Origin: an uncultured delta proteobacterium
GTDB taxonomy: Bacteria; Myxococcota_A; Polyangia; Fen-1088
DNA length: 64,000 nucleotides
Assembly (NCBI GenBank): GCA_963755125.1
Contig: CAVWIP010000003.1
Location: forward strand, 1-64,000
Direction: 5' to 3'
Below the pieces are notes generated by a model, which was not told the origin of the DNA, did not search any database, and saw only the letters and a program-made list of their open reading frames with translations. Below, in pieces: positions 11,201 through 19,870 of this stretch. The translations under genes were made by a program, and so were the position numbers. Within the stretch, counting starts at the first letter, position 1; the number at the start of each line of letters is the position of its first letter.

Positions 11201-11288
11201 GCTCCCGCGTGACGAGCGTCCCGCCGATCCGCCCGAGGCGCCGGCTCTGCGACGGCGCGCCGGGAACGGCTCGCCCGCCCGCTCATGA
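5286..11288 (+). CDS. pfaA: PUFA-synthase-like iterative type I PKS, PfaA/Pfa2-like (KS-MAT-ACP-KR-DH)
   Basis: KS DAACASS, EAHGTGT, GHTKAAAG. MAT FPGQG, GHSFG, AFHS. One ACP LETDLGVDSIKRVEIL. KR GGARGVT and YAMAN. PKS-type DH FLDGHRV...P and DPALLD. Confidence 0.9.
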   Translation: MKTLPKHQPIAVVGVAALFPGSIDKDGFWRDILAGRDLITDVPASHWLIDDYYDPDPRARDKTYCKRGAFLPAVDFDPVEWGVPPSIVPATDTNQLLALIVAQQVLEDACGGTFKDLPRDRVSVILGVTSAQELLGSMVSRLQRPVWVKALREMGLPEDKVTDACERIAAHYVEWQESSFPGILGNVVAGRIANRLDLGGTNCVTDAACASSLSALSMAMAELHMGHSDLVITGGADTMNDIFMYICFSKTPALSPTGDCRPFSDGADGTLLGEGIGMVALKRLADAERDGDRIYAVVAGLGSSSDGRTKSIYAPAPAGQAKALRRAYQDAGYGPETVELVEAHGTGTKAGDVSEFEGLRTVFEESGRKDRGWCALGSVKSQIGHTKAAAGAAGLFKAVMALHHRVLPPTIKVDRPDPKLNVNESPFCINTMARPWVRDQSHPRRASVSSFGFGGSNFHVALQEYTGPGKRAARVRPAGGEAILLSGASAEAVATRCRDLAIEAVQAEMLAFLARSTQASFDAAAPARLAVFAESSADLVGKLSKAADLLAAGSSFSVPGGIDFAMGPAEGSVGFLFPGQGSQSSYMGADVAMASATALAVWDRAAEIEFAPGIRLHDVVFPRPVFDEAARSEQRARLTATEWAQPALGATSLALLAILREAGVHPTAVAGHSFGELTALCAAGVLTPEDLLRLARRRGELMAAAAAVPGAMTSVAARREDVQPLLDEWKLDVVVANHNSPKQLVLSGATEAIAEAERRLGEKGMASTRLEVATAFHSSLVSPAATPLREFLASVPLTAPSIPVFANTSAAPYPSEPEAMRDLLAHQLAKPVRFVEQIEAMHASGVRTFVEVGPGRVLTGLVGHILKSRPHRAIALDRKGRPGWASLQQGLALLSVAGVAVDYAQLWAAFAPVADPRTRRKPAMALKMNGSSYGKIYPPEQGAVALPKPNPPSPPAEPTSVAPASALPSAPVAAAVSGDPAVQLAWVHAFQESQRQTAEAHAVFQRAMAESHAAFLRASESSLANLASVLGGTSVLSSLPALAETPAWVPSIAPSVPSVMAPPPPAIVMPAAPVSPAVPTCAPVATLAQPAAPPRAVPVAAAPVALSLSDLQALMLSVVAAKTGYPAEMVGLDMDLETDLGVDSIKRVEILSAVTEQAPGLPEVSAARMAGMRTLREMVAYLGEHAGCAAATDEAKSMVVQSQAASRPAPAEKAPEPSPASVAPTSIGRFALRAVAAPALGLATPGLVAARNLVVTDDGAGVAAALVEKLGTRGAKARLVHEIPADADAVIFLGGLRAAPCIDDVVAVNRESLRAARAVAARFAKEGGTFVTVQDTGGDFGLSGSERAWLAGPAALARTAAIEWPSACVRAIDIGRVGRSPDEVAEALCAELLSGGVEREVGLPVEGARAVLQTVAAPLPTASALPLDTRSVVVVSGGARGVTAACAIELARAARCRFLLLGRTPVEDEPACCRGVEGDADLKRVLLADAKARDESASPAKLGSRVAAIMAVREIRRTLQAIGSAGGEVRYVTVDISDTSAVTEAVAQARASWGSITGVIHGAGALADKLIADKTDAQFTKVFRTKVVGLRALLDATVDDELAFLLLFSSVAAHSGNQGQADYAMANEVLNKVAALEQRRRGPRCLVRALGWGPWDGGMVDAGLRARFAGMGVPLISLADGARLMRDELCATGDAEVVIGGAVSGHGPAEPGAQKIEAEIVVDRAHCAFLDGHRVRGSVVVPVALVLEWFARAARACRPDLTLAACRDVQVLRGIRLGHFDDGTVERFLLRARQLSNGHEATIAVELLGADGRRHYSAICEMKERSPLPDRTPVAPVDLARWSGTIYDGEVLFHGPAFQVIRSVDGIADGGLTATLEGVSAREWAGPWQFDPALLDGGLQAAVLWAQRKLGAASLPTAIASLHIYHPGPTTGTIRCVLAGREASQKRAVSDAAFLASNGSVVAELRGIEVHALPRDERPADPPEAPALRRRAGNGSPARS

Positions 11289-14200
11289 GTTTTGCGCCCA
11301 TTGCCATCGTGGGGCAGGGCTGCGTCCTGCCAGGGGCGCTGTCGCCCGACGATCTCTGGCACTTGGTGCATCAGGCGCGCGTGGTGATCGGTCCGGCCCC
11401 GGCCGGCCGCTGGGGCATCGATCCAGCTCTGGTCCTGGCCAGCAACGCGAAGGACACGCAGGATCGGACGCTGCACGATCGCGGCGGATACGTGCAGGGC
11501 TTCCACAAGATTTTCGATGCGCAGGGCTTCGCTGTGCCTGCGGAGCAGATCGTTCCCCTGGATCCGCTTTTCCACTGGCTGCTTCATGCCGGGCGCGAAG
11601 CCCTGCGCGAGGCACACTTTCGCGGCGACAAGGCCCGCGCCGGCGCGGTGGTTGGCAACCTGTCCTATCCATCGTCGTCGCTGTCCTGCTACGCGGAACG
11701 GTTCTGGATAGAGCAGCTGCTGGACGGGCGAGCCTCCGATCGCTTGTCGCTGTCCACGGTGGACCCGCGCAATCGTTTCATGTCGGGTTTGCCCGCACAC
11801 TTTCTCGTCCAGGCCCTGGGCTTGGGTGGCGTTGCTTTCGCGCTGGACGCCGCGTGTGCTTCCTCGCTCTACGCCATCAAGCTGGCTTGCGATTTCCTGC
11901 ACGATGGTCGCGCGGATCTGATGCTGGCCGGGGCGGTGAATCGCGCCGACGATCTCTTCATTCACCAGGGCTTCACCGCGCTCGGCGCGCTCAGCCCGAG
12001 CGGACGCAGTCGGCCCTTCCACGCCGAGGCTGACGGCCTGATCCCGGCCGAGGGCGCAGTCCTGGTGGCCCTGCGACGCCTGGAAGACGCCCGCCGCGAC
12101 GGAGATCAAGTTTTGGGCGTGATTCGCGGCATTGGGCTGTCCAACGACGGCCGCGGCCGCGGCTTGCTGGTTCCCTCGCAGGAAGGCCAGGTGCGAGCCC
12201 TGCGCGCAGCCTATGCGGCGGCCGAGCTTTCGCCGTCGGACATCTCTCTGGTGGAATGTCACGCCACCGGTACCGGCGTGGGGGATGCAGTTGAGATCCG
12301 CGCCCTGGCCGAGGTCGGCGCTGGCCGAGGTGAGCCTTTGCCCATAGGCTCGCTCAAGGCCAACCTGGGCCACTTGATCACCGGCGCTGGCGCGGCTGGC
12401 CTGCTCAAGGTTCTGGGCGCATTTCGTGCGGGCGTGTTGCCAGCCACGCCGTCACTCGACAACATCACGCCGGTCTTCAAGGGCGCGCCGCTGCGTCCGT
12501 TGCGCGCGGCCGAGCCGTGGAACGACCCGGTCCCGCGGCGCGCGGCCGTCAGTGCCTTTGGTTTCGGTGGCAACAACGCTCACCTGATCGTCGAGGAACC
12601 CTCGGCCAGGCTGGCCGGTCCGCACAGCAAGACAGCCGCGGCACCCCCCGGCGTGGGCATCGTCGCCATCGGCGCGCGGGTCGGCAACGGGAAGAGCGTC
12701 GCGGATTTCGCCGAGGCACTCTTCCTGGGGCAGTCGAAGTTGAAAGGCGACAGCGCGCCTGCCGACGAGGTGTCGCTCGCGCTGGCGGGCCTGCGGTTTC
12801 CCCCCAAGGATCTGGAGGAAACGCTGCCGCAGCAGTTGCTGGTTCTGGCCGCGGCCCGCGAGGCGGTGGAGCAAGTGGCATCGACCTTGCCGCGCGAACG
12901 AACCTCGGTCATCGTGGGCATGCAATGTGATGCCGAGATTGCACGCCACGGGGCGCGCTGGCGCGTGGCGGGCTGGGCCAAGACGCTGGGCGCCTCGAGA
13001 GATTGGGAGGCGGCTGCGCGCGACGGCTTCGTCCCTCTGCTCGGCGCCGCGGGTGTCATCGGGGCCATGCCCAACATCGTGAGCAATCGGCTGAACAGTC
13101 AGTTCGATTTCTGTGGCCCCAGTCTCAGCGTCAGCAGCGAGGAGCTTTCCGGCATTCGCGCCCTGCAAATCGCCCGACGGGCTTTGCAACAGGGCGAGAT
13201 CGACGCTGCGTTGGTGGCAGCGGTGGATCTGTCGGCCGAGCCTGTGCATCTGTCGGCCGCAGCCGCCTGCCTTCCCGCGGATCGGCAGCAAGGCGGCGAT
13301 GCGGCCGTGGTGCTGGTGCTCAAGCGGCTCGACGATATCCGTCGCGACGGGGATCAGGTGCTGGCGGTGCTCGGCGACCGGCATGGCAGAAAGCCTGGCC
13401 TGACTTTGGGAGAGGACGAGAGCCTGCGCGCTCTCTTCGGGCATGCGCACGCCACCTCGGGACTACTGCACGTGGCTGCTGCGGCGCTTTGCTGCGGCCA
13501 TCGCGTGCTTCCGGGCTCGCCAGGTGCAGGGCAGATCACACCATGGAAAGACAAGGTGCCGCTCACGGCTGCGATCGTGACGCAAGCCCTGGGCGGACAA
13601 GAGGCCCACACCTGGATCGAGGAGCCACCTGCGCATCTGCGCCGTCCACTCGCAGGCGTGTCGCCCGACGACGGGCCAGCGTTTCTGGCAGCCCTGCGCG
13701 AAGGCGCGCGCTTGCCCGCACCGCCGCTGTTCGTGCTTGCGGCACACCGAGCGGAGCCGAGATTGCCGGCGTTGGAAGCGCGGGCGTCGGAAGTGACCAC
13801 GAACCGCAGCGGCGAATTGGCCGTGCAGATCATGCCGCCCGCGCCTCGGTTGCCGCCGATCTTGCAGGACAGTGTCGGCGCGCAAGCGGCTGTCAGTCCG
13901 TCGCTGCCCGCTGTCGCGTCGGGACTGCGGGGGCCGATGGCCGAGATCCTGAACCGCGCGCTGGCCCACCGGCGACAGATCGCCGAGGTCCACCGGAACC
14001 ACGTGACCCAGCAAGCGGCCGCGCACCGGCAGTTCCTGGAAGGCCGCCAGCGGGCGCTCGGGATCTTGCTCGGCGCGAGCAGCTTCTCCCCGGGGCCACG
14101 GTTTTCGTCGGCGGCCGATCAACCCGCGGCGACCAGCGCGCGGCCAAGCACAGGAGATCAGCCAGTCCCGTCCACGAATCAGGGGCAGCCGCGTGGCCCC

Positions 14201-17200
14201 GCTTTCTCTCGGAGCGATTTGGAAACTCACGCCGCCGGCCGCATTTCGGATCTCTTCGGTCCGCAATTCACGGCGCAAGACCAACACGCGGTCCAGGTGC
14301 GCATGCCCCAGCCGCCCTTGCTGCTGGCCGATCGGGTGGTGGGCCTGGATGCGGTAGCCGGGGCCATGGGCCTGGGCACGGTGTGGACCGAAACCGACGT
14401 GCGCGAAGACTCGTGGTTCCTGCACCGCGGATTCATGCCGGCGGGGATCATGATCGAAGCGGGCCAGGCCGACCTTTTCCTCATCTCGTATTTGGGCGTC
14501 GATGCGCTCAACCAGGGGCAGCGCCGCTACCGCCTGCTGGGCTGCGAGCTGACCTACCACGGCAGCTTACCCCGGCTGGGCGAAACCCTTCGCTACGATA
14601 TTCACGTCGACAGTCACGCGCGCCAGGGCGAGGTGCGCCTGTTCTTCTTCCACTATGACTGCACCTGCGACGGCCGACCGGCGCTGACCGTGCGCCAGGG
14701 TCAGGCCGGCTTCTTCACAGAAGAGGAACTCAACGAATCGGCCGGCGTGCTGTGGACGCCCGAGGGCCAGGCCATCAAACCCGACGCGCGCCTGGACCAG
14801 CCAGCCGTGGCCTGCACGCGCCGGCAATTCTCGGCCGCCGAGGTGCGTGCGTTTTCCGAGGGTGATGGGTACGCGTGTTTCGGTCCCGGTTTCGAGGCAG
14901 CCCAGGCCCATGTGCGCACGCCCGCCATCCAGAACGGCAAGATGTTGCTGGTGGAACGGGTGCTCGATTTCGATCCACGCGGCGGGCCCTGGCAGCGGGG
15001 CTACCTGCGCGCTGTCACCAGCATCCGGCCCGACGACTGGTTCTTCGCCGGCCACTTCAAGAACGATCCGTGCATGCCTGGCACCCTCATGTTCGAGGGC
15101 TGTCTGCAGATGATGGCCATCTACCTGACGGGCCTGGGTTTCACCCTGGCCTGCGACGGCTGGCGGTTCGAGCCCGTGCCCGAGGAGACGTACCGGCTGC
15201 AGTGTCGTGGTCAAGTGGTGCCCACGTCGAAGGAACTGGTGTGTGAGATGTTCGTCGAGGAGGTGCATGACGGCCCGCTGCCCACCGTGTACGCGGACTT
15301 GCTGGGCACGGTCGACGGACTGAAGGCCTTTCACGCACGGCGGGTCGGCCTGCGCCTGGTCCCGGACTGGCCGTTGTCGAGCCACCCCGAGCTTCTGCGC
15401 AAAACTGCCGCAGCGGTGGCTGAGGTGAACGGCTTTCGCTTCGACCAGCGTTCGCTCTACGCCTGCGCCTGGGGCAAACCCTCCGATGCGTTCGGACCGA
15501 TGTACACGTGCTTCGACGGACCCCGTCGGGTGGCGCGACTGCCTGGCCCGCCCTACCACTTCATGAGCCGCGTCGTGCGCATCGAGGGCGAGATGGGTGC
15601 GTGCCAGGCCGGAGCCAGTATTGAGGTGGAATACGACGTGCCGACCGAGGCCTGGTACTTCGCGGAGAACGGCCATCCTGTTATGCCCTTCTGCGTGTTC
15701 CTGGAGGCGGCGTTACAACCTTGTGGCTGGCTGGCCAGCTTCGTGGGCAGCGCGCTTGGTACCGACCAGGATCTCGCATTTCGCAATCTCGACGGCACAG
15801 GCCACGCACTGGGCGAGGTGCGCCCCGCCGCGGGTCCGCTGCGCACCATCGCGACGCTGGAAAGCGTCTCGCGTTCGGGCGGCATGACCCTGGAATCCTT
15901 CCGCGTGCGCTGCTTGCTGGGTGAGACGTCGGTGTACGAGATGCAGACCGGTTTCGGCTTCTTTCCCGCGGCGACGTTCGAGAACCAGGCAGGCCTTTCC
16001 ACCACCGACGAGCAGAGCGCAGAGCTGAGCGCGGTTTCCGATTTTCTCGTCGATCTGACCGCGCGTCCGGCTCGCTACTGTCAAGGTTCGCTGCGCCTGG
16101 CCGAGCCCCGCTTGCTCATGCTCGACCGCGTGACTGCTTGCGATCCGCGCGGCGGCCGCGCCGGCCTGGGTTTTCTGCGCGCGGAAAAGGATGTGAACCC
16201 GGCCGAATGGTTCTTCAAGGCTCATTTCTTCCAGGATCCGGTGCAGCCTGGCTCGCTTGGTCTGGAGGCGATGCTGCAGCTTCTGCAGTTCCACATGTTG
16301 CGGGTCGGGCTTGCCGAAGGGACGTCGCATCCGCGCTTTGCGCCCATTGCGCCCGGTCGAGCGGTGACCTGGAAGTACCGTGGCCAGGTGGTGCCGCACA
16401 ATCGCCTGATCACCATAACCATGGAGATCACCGAACAGGGTCGCGACGCCACCGGGCCCTTCGCGGTTGCCGACTCATCGTTGTGGGTGGACGGCAAGCG
16501 CATCTATCAGGTGGCGGGGCTGGGAATGACTATCGTCGATTCCAATTCACATGGGAACCCTCAAAGGGTTCGCTCCGCCCTTCGGCCCCCCACGTCCACC
16601 CCCACCCCGCTCGCTTCGCTCGGCCTCGCCAAACCCTCCCGCGATGGTACGCCGCCGGCGAAGCCGGCGGGCTCCCCACGCGACTATGCCGGGGCGGGCG
16701 GCCGTGCGGCTCGCTCGCACACGGCCACCGATCTGGTGCCAGCGACGCGCGAGTACTGGCGCAGTCTGCTGGCCGGCACGGCTCCGCCGGTCGAGGATAT
16801 CTGTCGCGGTCTGATCCTGCGCTTCCTGCGACAGCTTCACATCACGGATCCTGAGGCCCTGCACGCGGCCCGCCCCGGCGGGGTCATCTTCCTGGCCAAT
16901 CACCAGGTGACCGTGGAATCCACCATCTTCGCCATCGTGGCCTCGGCACTGATGGACGCGCCTGTGCTCACGCTGGCGCGCATCGAGAACCAGACCTCCT
17001 GGCTCGACCTGTTCATGCAACACGCATTTTCATACCCGGGGTTGCACCGCCCGCGCATGTCGCAGTACTTCGACCGCAGCGACAGCGCTTCGCTGCCGGG
17101 TATCATCCGGCAGATGTCGGCCGAGATGGTGTCGGGTGGCCGCAGCGTGATGGTCCATGTCGAGGGCGCCATGGCGCACAGTTGTCGCACGCCAGTGCGC

Positions 17201-17704
17201 AAGCTTTCGGGCGCGTTCCTCGACATGGCCATTGAACTGGGGCGGCCCGTGGTTCCCGTGCGCTTCGTGGGCGGTCTGCCCGTGGCGCCGGTGTCTGGCG
17301 AGGTCGATTTTCCCGTGGGCATGGGCCAGCAGGACGTCCACATCGGTGTTCCCATCGCGCCCGACGAATTGCGGCCGCTCAACTACCGCGATCGTCGCCA
17401 CCGTGTGATCCACGCCATCAACCACCTCGGTCCAGCCAACGATGCAGAAGAGCCTCTGCCACCGCAGCCCGCCTTGGCGGCTGCTGCGCGCGCATGGTCC
17501 GAGAGCACCGGCGCCAGCCCGGGCCACGCCACCGTGTTTTGCGTCCTCGAACAGCTTCCCGACCCTTCGCCGGAGCTGGCCGCGCTGGTCGCCGGCGCGC
17601 GCGCTCGCGAACTGCGCGTATCGAGCACGCCCGAGGGACGCTGGTTGGCTGAACTGGCCGGTCGCCTGTTCGGGCCTCGCGGGCCGAAGGTCGTCGAAGG
17701 CTGA
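11285..17704 (+). CDS. Myxobacterial Pfa3/PfaC-like protein: KS-CLF-FabA-like DH domains + C-terminal glycerolipid acyltransferase (AGPAT-like)
   Basis: KS DAACASS and ECHATGT. CLF lacking the catalytic Cys (SVSSEELSG). FabA-type DH HFKNDPCMPG and HFFQDPVQPG with pseudo-DH halves. PlsC-like FLANHQ...HVEG...PVVPVRF. ATGA overlap with the upstream gene. Confidence 0.88.
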   Translation: MSFAPIAIVGQGCVLPGALSPDDLWHLVHQARVVIGPAPAGRWGIDPALVLASNAKDTQDRTLHDRGGYVQGFHKIFDAQGFAVPAEQIVPLDPLFHWLLHAGREALREAHFRGDKARAGAVVGNLSYPSSSLSCYAERFWIEQLLDGRASDRLSLSTVDPRNRFMSGLPAHFLVQALGLGGVAFALDAACASSLYAIKLACDFLHDGRADLMLAGAVNRADDLFIHQGFTALGALSPSGRSRPFHAEADGLIPAEGAVLVALRRLEDARRDGDQVLGVIRGIGLSNDGRGRGLLVPSQEGQVRALRAAYAAAELSPSDISLVECHATGTGVGDAVEIRALAEVGAGRGEPLPIGSLKANLGHLITGAGAAGLLKVLGAFRAGVLPATPSLDNITPVFKGAPLRPLRAAEPWNDPVPRRAAVSAFGFGGNNAHLIVEEPSARLAGPHSKTAAAPPGVGIVAIGARVGNGKSVADFAEALFLGQSKLKGDSAPADEVSLALAGLRFPPKDLEETLPQQLLVLAAAREAVEQVASTLPRERTSVIVGMQCDAEIARHGARWRVAGWAKTLGASRDWEAAARDGFVPLLGAAGVIGAMPNIVSNRLNSQFDFCGPSLSVSSEELSGIRALQIARRALQQGEIDAALVAAVDLSAEPVHLSAAAACLPADRQQGGDAAVVLVLKRLDDIRRDGDQVLAVLGDRHGRKPGLTLGEDESLRALFGHAHATSGLLHVAAAALCCGHRVLPGSPGAGQITPWKDKVPLTAAIVTQALGGQEAHTWIEEPPAHLRRPLAGVSPDDGPAFLAALREGARLPAPPLFVLAAHRAEPRLPALEARASEVTTNRSGELAVQIMPPAPRLPPILQDSVGAQAAVSPSLPAVASGLRGPMAEILNRALAHRRQIAEVHRNHVTQQAAAHRQFLEGRQRALGILLGASSFSPGPRFSSAADQPAATSARPSTGDQPVPSTNQGQPRGPAFSRSDLETHAAGRISDLFGPQFTAQDQHAVQVRMPQPPLLLADRVVGLDAVAGAMGLGTVWTETDVREDSWFLHRGFMPAGIMIEAGQADLFLISYLGVDALNQGQRRYRLLGCELTYHGSLPRLGETLRYDIHVDSHARQGEVRLFFFHYDCTCDGRPALTVRQGQAGFFTEEELNESAGVLWTPEGQAIKPDARLDQPAVACTRRQFSAAEVRAFSEGDGYACFGPGFEAAQAHVRTPAIQNGKMLLVERVLDFDPRGGPWQRGYLRAVTSIRPDDWFFAGHFKNDPCMPGTLMFEGCLQMMAIYLTGLGFTLACDGWRFEPVPEETYRLQCRGQVVPTSKELVCEMFVEEVHDGPLPTVYADLLGTVDGLKAFHARRVGLRLVPDWPLSSHPELLRKTAAAVAEVNGFRFDQRSLYACAWGKPSDAFGPMYTCFDGPRRVARLPGPPYHFMSRVVRIEGEMGACQAGASIEVEYDVPTEAWYFAENGHPVMPFCVFLEAALQPCGWLASFVGSALGTDQDLAFRNLDGTGHALGEVRPAAGPLRTIATLESVSRSGGMTLESFRVRCLLGETSVYEMQTGFGFFPAATFENQAGLSTTDEQSAELSAVSDFLVDLTARPARYCQGSLRLAEPRLLMLDRVTACDPRGGRAGLGFLRAEKDVNPAEWFFKAHFFQDPVQPGSLGLEAMLQLLQFHMLRVGLAEGTSHPRFAPIAPGRAVTWKYRGQVVPHNRLITITMEITEQGRDATGPFAVADSSLWVDGKRIYQVAGLGMTIVDSNSHGNPQRVRSALRPPTSTPTPLASLGLAKPSRDGTPPAKPAGSPRDYAGAGGRAARSHTATDLVPATREYWRSLLAGTAPPVEDICRGLILRFLRQLHITDPEALHAARPGGVIFLANHQVTVESTIFAIVASALMDAPVLTLARIENQTSWLDLFMQHAFSYPGLHRPRMSQYFDRSDSASLPGIIRQMSAEMVSGGRSVMVHVEGAMAHSCRTPVRKLSGAFLDMAIELGRPVVPVRFVGGLPVAPVSGEVDFPVGMGQQDVHIGVPIAPDELRPLNYRDRRHRVIHAINHLGPANDAEEPLPPQPALAAAARAWSESTGASPGHATVFCVLEQLPDPSPELAALVAGARARELRVSSTPEGRWLAELAGRLFGPRGPKVVEG
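16553..16672. repeat. Cluster of short hairpins (REP/MITE-like) inside the pfa3-like coding linker
   Basis: GAACCC-tcaaa-GGGTTC (16555-16571), CCGCCGGC-gaa-GCCGGCGG (16652-16670) and a CGCTCGCTTCGCTCG tract. Confidence 0.4.
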
Positions 17705-17724
17705 GTGGGATGCGCGTGCCGTGG

Positions 17725-18882
17725 CTAGCCCGTCCTGGATAACGGCAAGACCGCGACCGCACCCAGCGCCAGGCCCGCGCCGGTGAGAAAGGCCGTGCCC
17801 GAGCCGAGGCGCTGGTAGAGCAGGCCGAAGAGCAGGCTGGCGGGCAGGGCGGCCAGCCCGACGCACAGGTGGTACATGCCGAAGCCGCGGGCGCGCGCCT
17901 CGACTGGAACCAGATCGGCGACCAGCGCCTTCTGCGCCCCACCCACCAATGCGAAGTGCAGGCCGTAGATGACGAACAGGCCTGCGATGGCCCAACCCGA
18001 ACGCGCGAAGGCGAAGCCTGCGTAGATGGCTGCGTAGGCAATCCAACCCGCGGCCAGGGCGCGGCGGCGGCCGAGCCGATCCGCCAGCTCGCCGGCCTTG
18101 GCACTGGTGGTGGATTTCACCACGTGGTGCAGGGCCCAGAGCAGCGGCGCCGCCTGCGCGGGCAGCCCGGCGTCGTGGACGCGCAGGAGCAGGAAGGCAT
18201 CCGACGAGTTGCCCAGGGCAAAGACGATGGTGGCGAGCAGATAGCCGAGAAAGGGCCGGTTCACTATGGAAACCGTCGCCGCGGCGGCAGCGACCGCCGG
18301 CTCGCGTGGCCGGGGCCGCGCCTCGCGCACAAACAACACCACCACCAGGCAGGCGATAGCGGCCGGCAGCGCGGAGAGCAGGAATACCGAGCGCAGCCCT
18401 ACCCCAATCGCCAGCAGCAGATAGGCGGCAAGCGGTCCCACCACGGCGCCGGCGTGATCCATCGCCTCGTGCACTCCAAAAGCGCGGCCGTGCAACTCGC
18501 GCGGAGCCGCGTCAGCGATGAGCGCGTCGCGCGGGCTGGCGCGCAGGCCCTTACCCACCCGGTCGATCGCGCGAATCGCCAGCACCGCACCAGCGGTCTG
18601 GGCAAACGCGACCAGCGGGCGAACCAGCGAGGCGAGCGCGTAGCCGCCCACCACCAGCGGCTTGCGCCGTCCCAGGCGATCCGAGAGCGCACCGGAAACG
18701 AGCTTGAGCAGACTGGCCGCCGCATCGGCCGTGCCTTCGATCACGCCTAAGGTGGCCGCGCTCGCCCCCAGCACGCTGGAGAGAAAAACCGGCAGCAGCG
18801 GAAAGATCATTTCGCTCGACGCATCGTTGAGCAGGCTGGTGGCGCCGATGGCGTAGATGGCGGCAGGCAGGCGTGGCTTCAT
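17725..18882 (-). CDS. MFS transporter
   Basis: SLLNDASSEMIFPLLP, motif A GALSDRLGRRK repeated as GELADRLGRRR, about 12 hydrophobic segments. Confidence 0.9.
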   Translation of the reverse strand: MKPRLPAAIYAIGATSLLNDASSEMIFPLLPVFLSSVLGASAATLGVIEGTADAAASLLKLVSGALSDRLGRRKPLVVGGYALASLVRPLVAFAQTAGAVLAIRAIDRVGKGLRASPRDALIADAAPRELHGRAFGVHEAMDHAGAVVGPLAAYLLLAIGVGLRSVFLLSALPAAIACLVVVLFVREARPRPREPAVAAAAATVSIVNRPFLGYLLATIVFALGNSSDAFLLLRVHDAGLPAQAAPLLWALHHVVKSTTSAKAGELADRLGRRRALAAGWIAYAAIYAGFAFARSGWAIAGLFVIYGLHFALVGGAQKALVADLVPVEARARGFGMYHLCVGLAALPASLLFGLLYQRLGSGTAFLTGAGLALGAVAVLPLSRTG

Positions 18883-18933
18883 CTTTGCCAAGGCTAGCGC
18901 TCCGAGAGCGTAGCGGCTAGAGTCGCAGCCAGC

Positions 18934-19812
18934 ATGTCCCCGTCTCCGGACTCCACGAAAACGGCGCCTCCGCGCAAGATGACCGACGAGGAAAAGCGCA
19001 GCCGGCTTTACGAGGAGCAGGTCTTTCCGCTGATTGGGCGAAGACTGGTCGAGCGCTTGGTCGAGGACGTGCCTGTCAAGCCGCGCTCGCAGGTGCTGCA
19101 GATCCGCTGCGGCCTGGGCGAGACGACCACCGGCCTTCTGCACCGGCTGGATCACGCCAGCCGGATCATCGACCTGGAAGGCGCGCAGGGCCTGCTTGAC
19201 CGGGCCCGCGCCAACGTGGCGGCTGAGCAGGTCGGGCGCCGGGTCTTCTTCCGGCTGCAGAGCCTGTCCGCCCACCTTCCCTTCGGCAACCACGCCTTCG
19301 ATCTGGTGCTGGCCAACGTGGGCCTGGCGGATCTGGCCCGGCCCGACGAGTTTCTTGCCGACCTGGCCCGCGTGGCCCGGCCCGGGGCCGAGGTGCGCGT
19401 GGCCACCCCGCTGCGCGGGACCTGGTGCGAATTTCTCGACGTGTACCGGGATGTGCTGGTGCGCCTCGGGCGCGAAGACGCGCTGGCCAGCCTGCGCGGA
19501 TACACCGCCTCGTTTCCCGAAGCGGACGCCGCGATCCACCAGATGGAGCAGGCGGGGCTCACGCCCGTCACCGTGCAGCGCGATCACTGGGATCTGGTGT
19601 TTCGTAGCGCGCGCGAGTTCTTCTACGCGCCGGTCGTCGAGTTCGGACCGCTGGCGCGCTGGAAGAAGATCGCAGGCAAAGGGCCAGAGGTGCAGGACAC
19701 CTTCCTGGCGGTCAAACAGGCCATCGACACCTATTTTTCCAGCGCGTCGTTCAGCGTGAGCATCGAGGCAGGGCTGTTCATCGGGCAGAAACCGGCCGAA
19801 TCGAGCGCCTAA
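18934..19812 (+). CDS. Class I SAM-dependent methyltransferase-like protein (degenerate motif I)
   Basis: VLQIRCGLG, LPFGNHAFDLVLAN, LARVARPG. Confidence 0.7.
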   Translation: MSPSPDSTKTAPPRKMTDEEKRSRLYEEQVFPLIGRRLVERLVEDVPVKPRSQVLQIRCGLGETTTGLLHRLDHASRIIDLEGAQGLLDRARANVAAEQVGRRVFFRLQSLSAHLPFGNHAFDLVLANVGLADLARPDEFLADLARVARPGAEVRVATPLRGTWCEFLDVYRDVLVRLGREDALASLRGYTASFPEADAAIHQMEQAGLTPVTVQRDHWDLVFRSAREFFYAPVVEFGPLARWKKIAGKGPEVQDTFLAVKQAIDTYFSSASFSVSIEAGLFIGQKPAESSA

Positions 19813-19870
19813 CACGAGGCCGGGGGCCGGAAAGCCGGGGCCGGTGTCGGAACCGAATCCGGAGTCGGTA

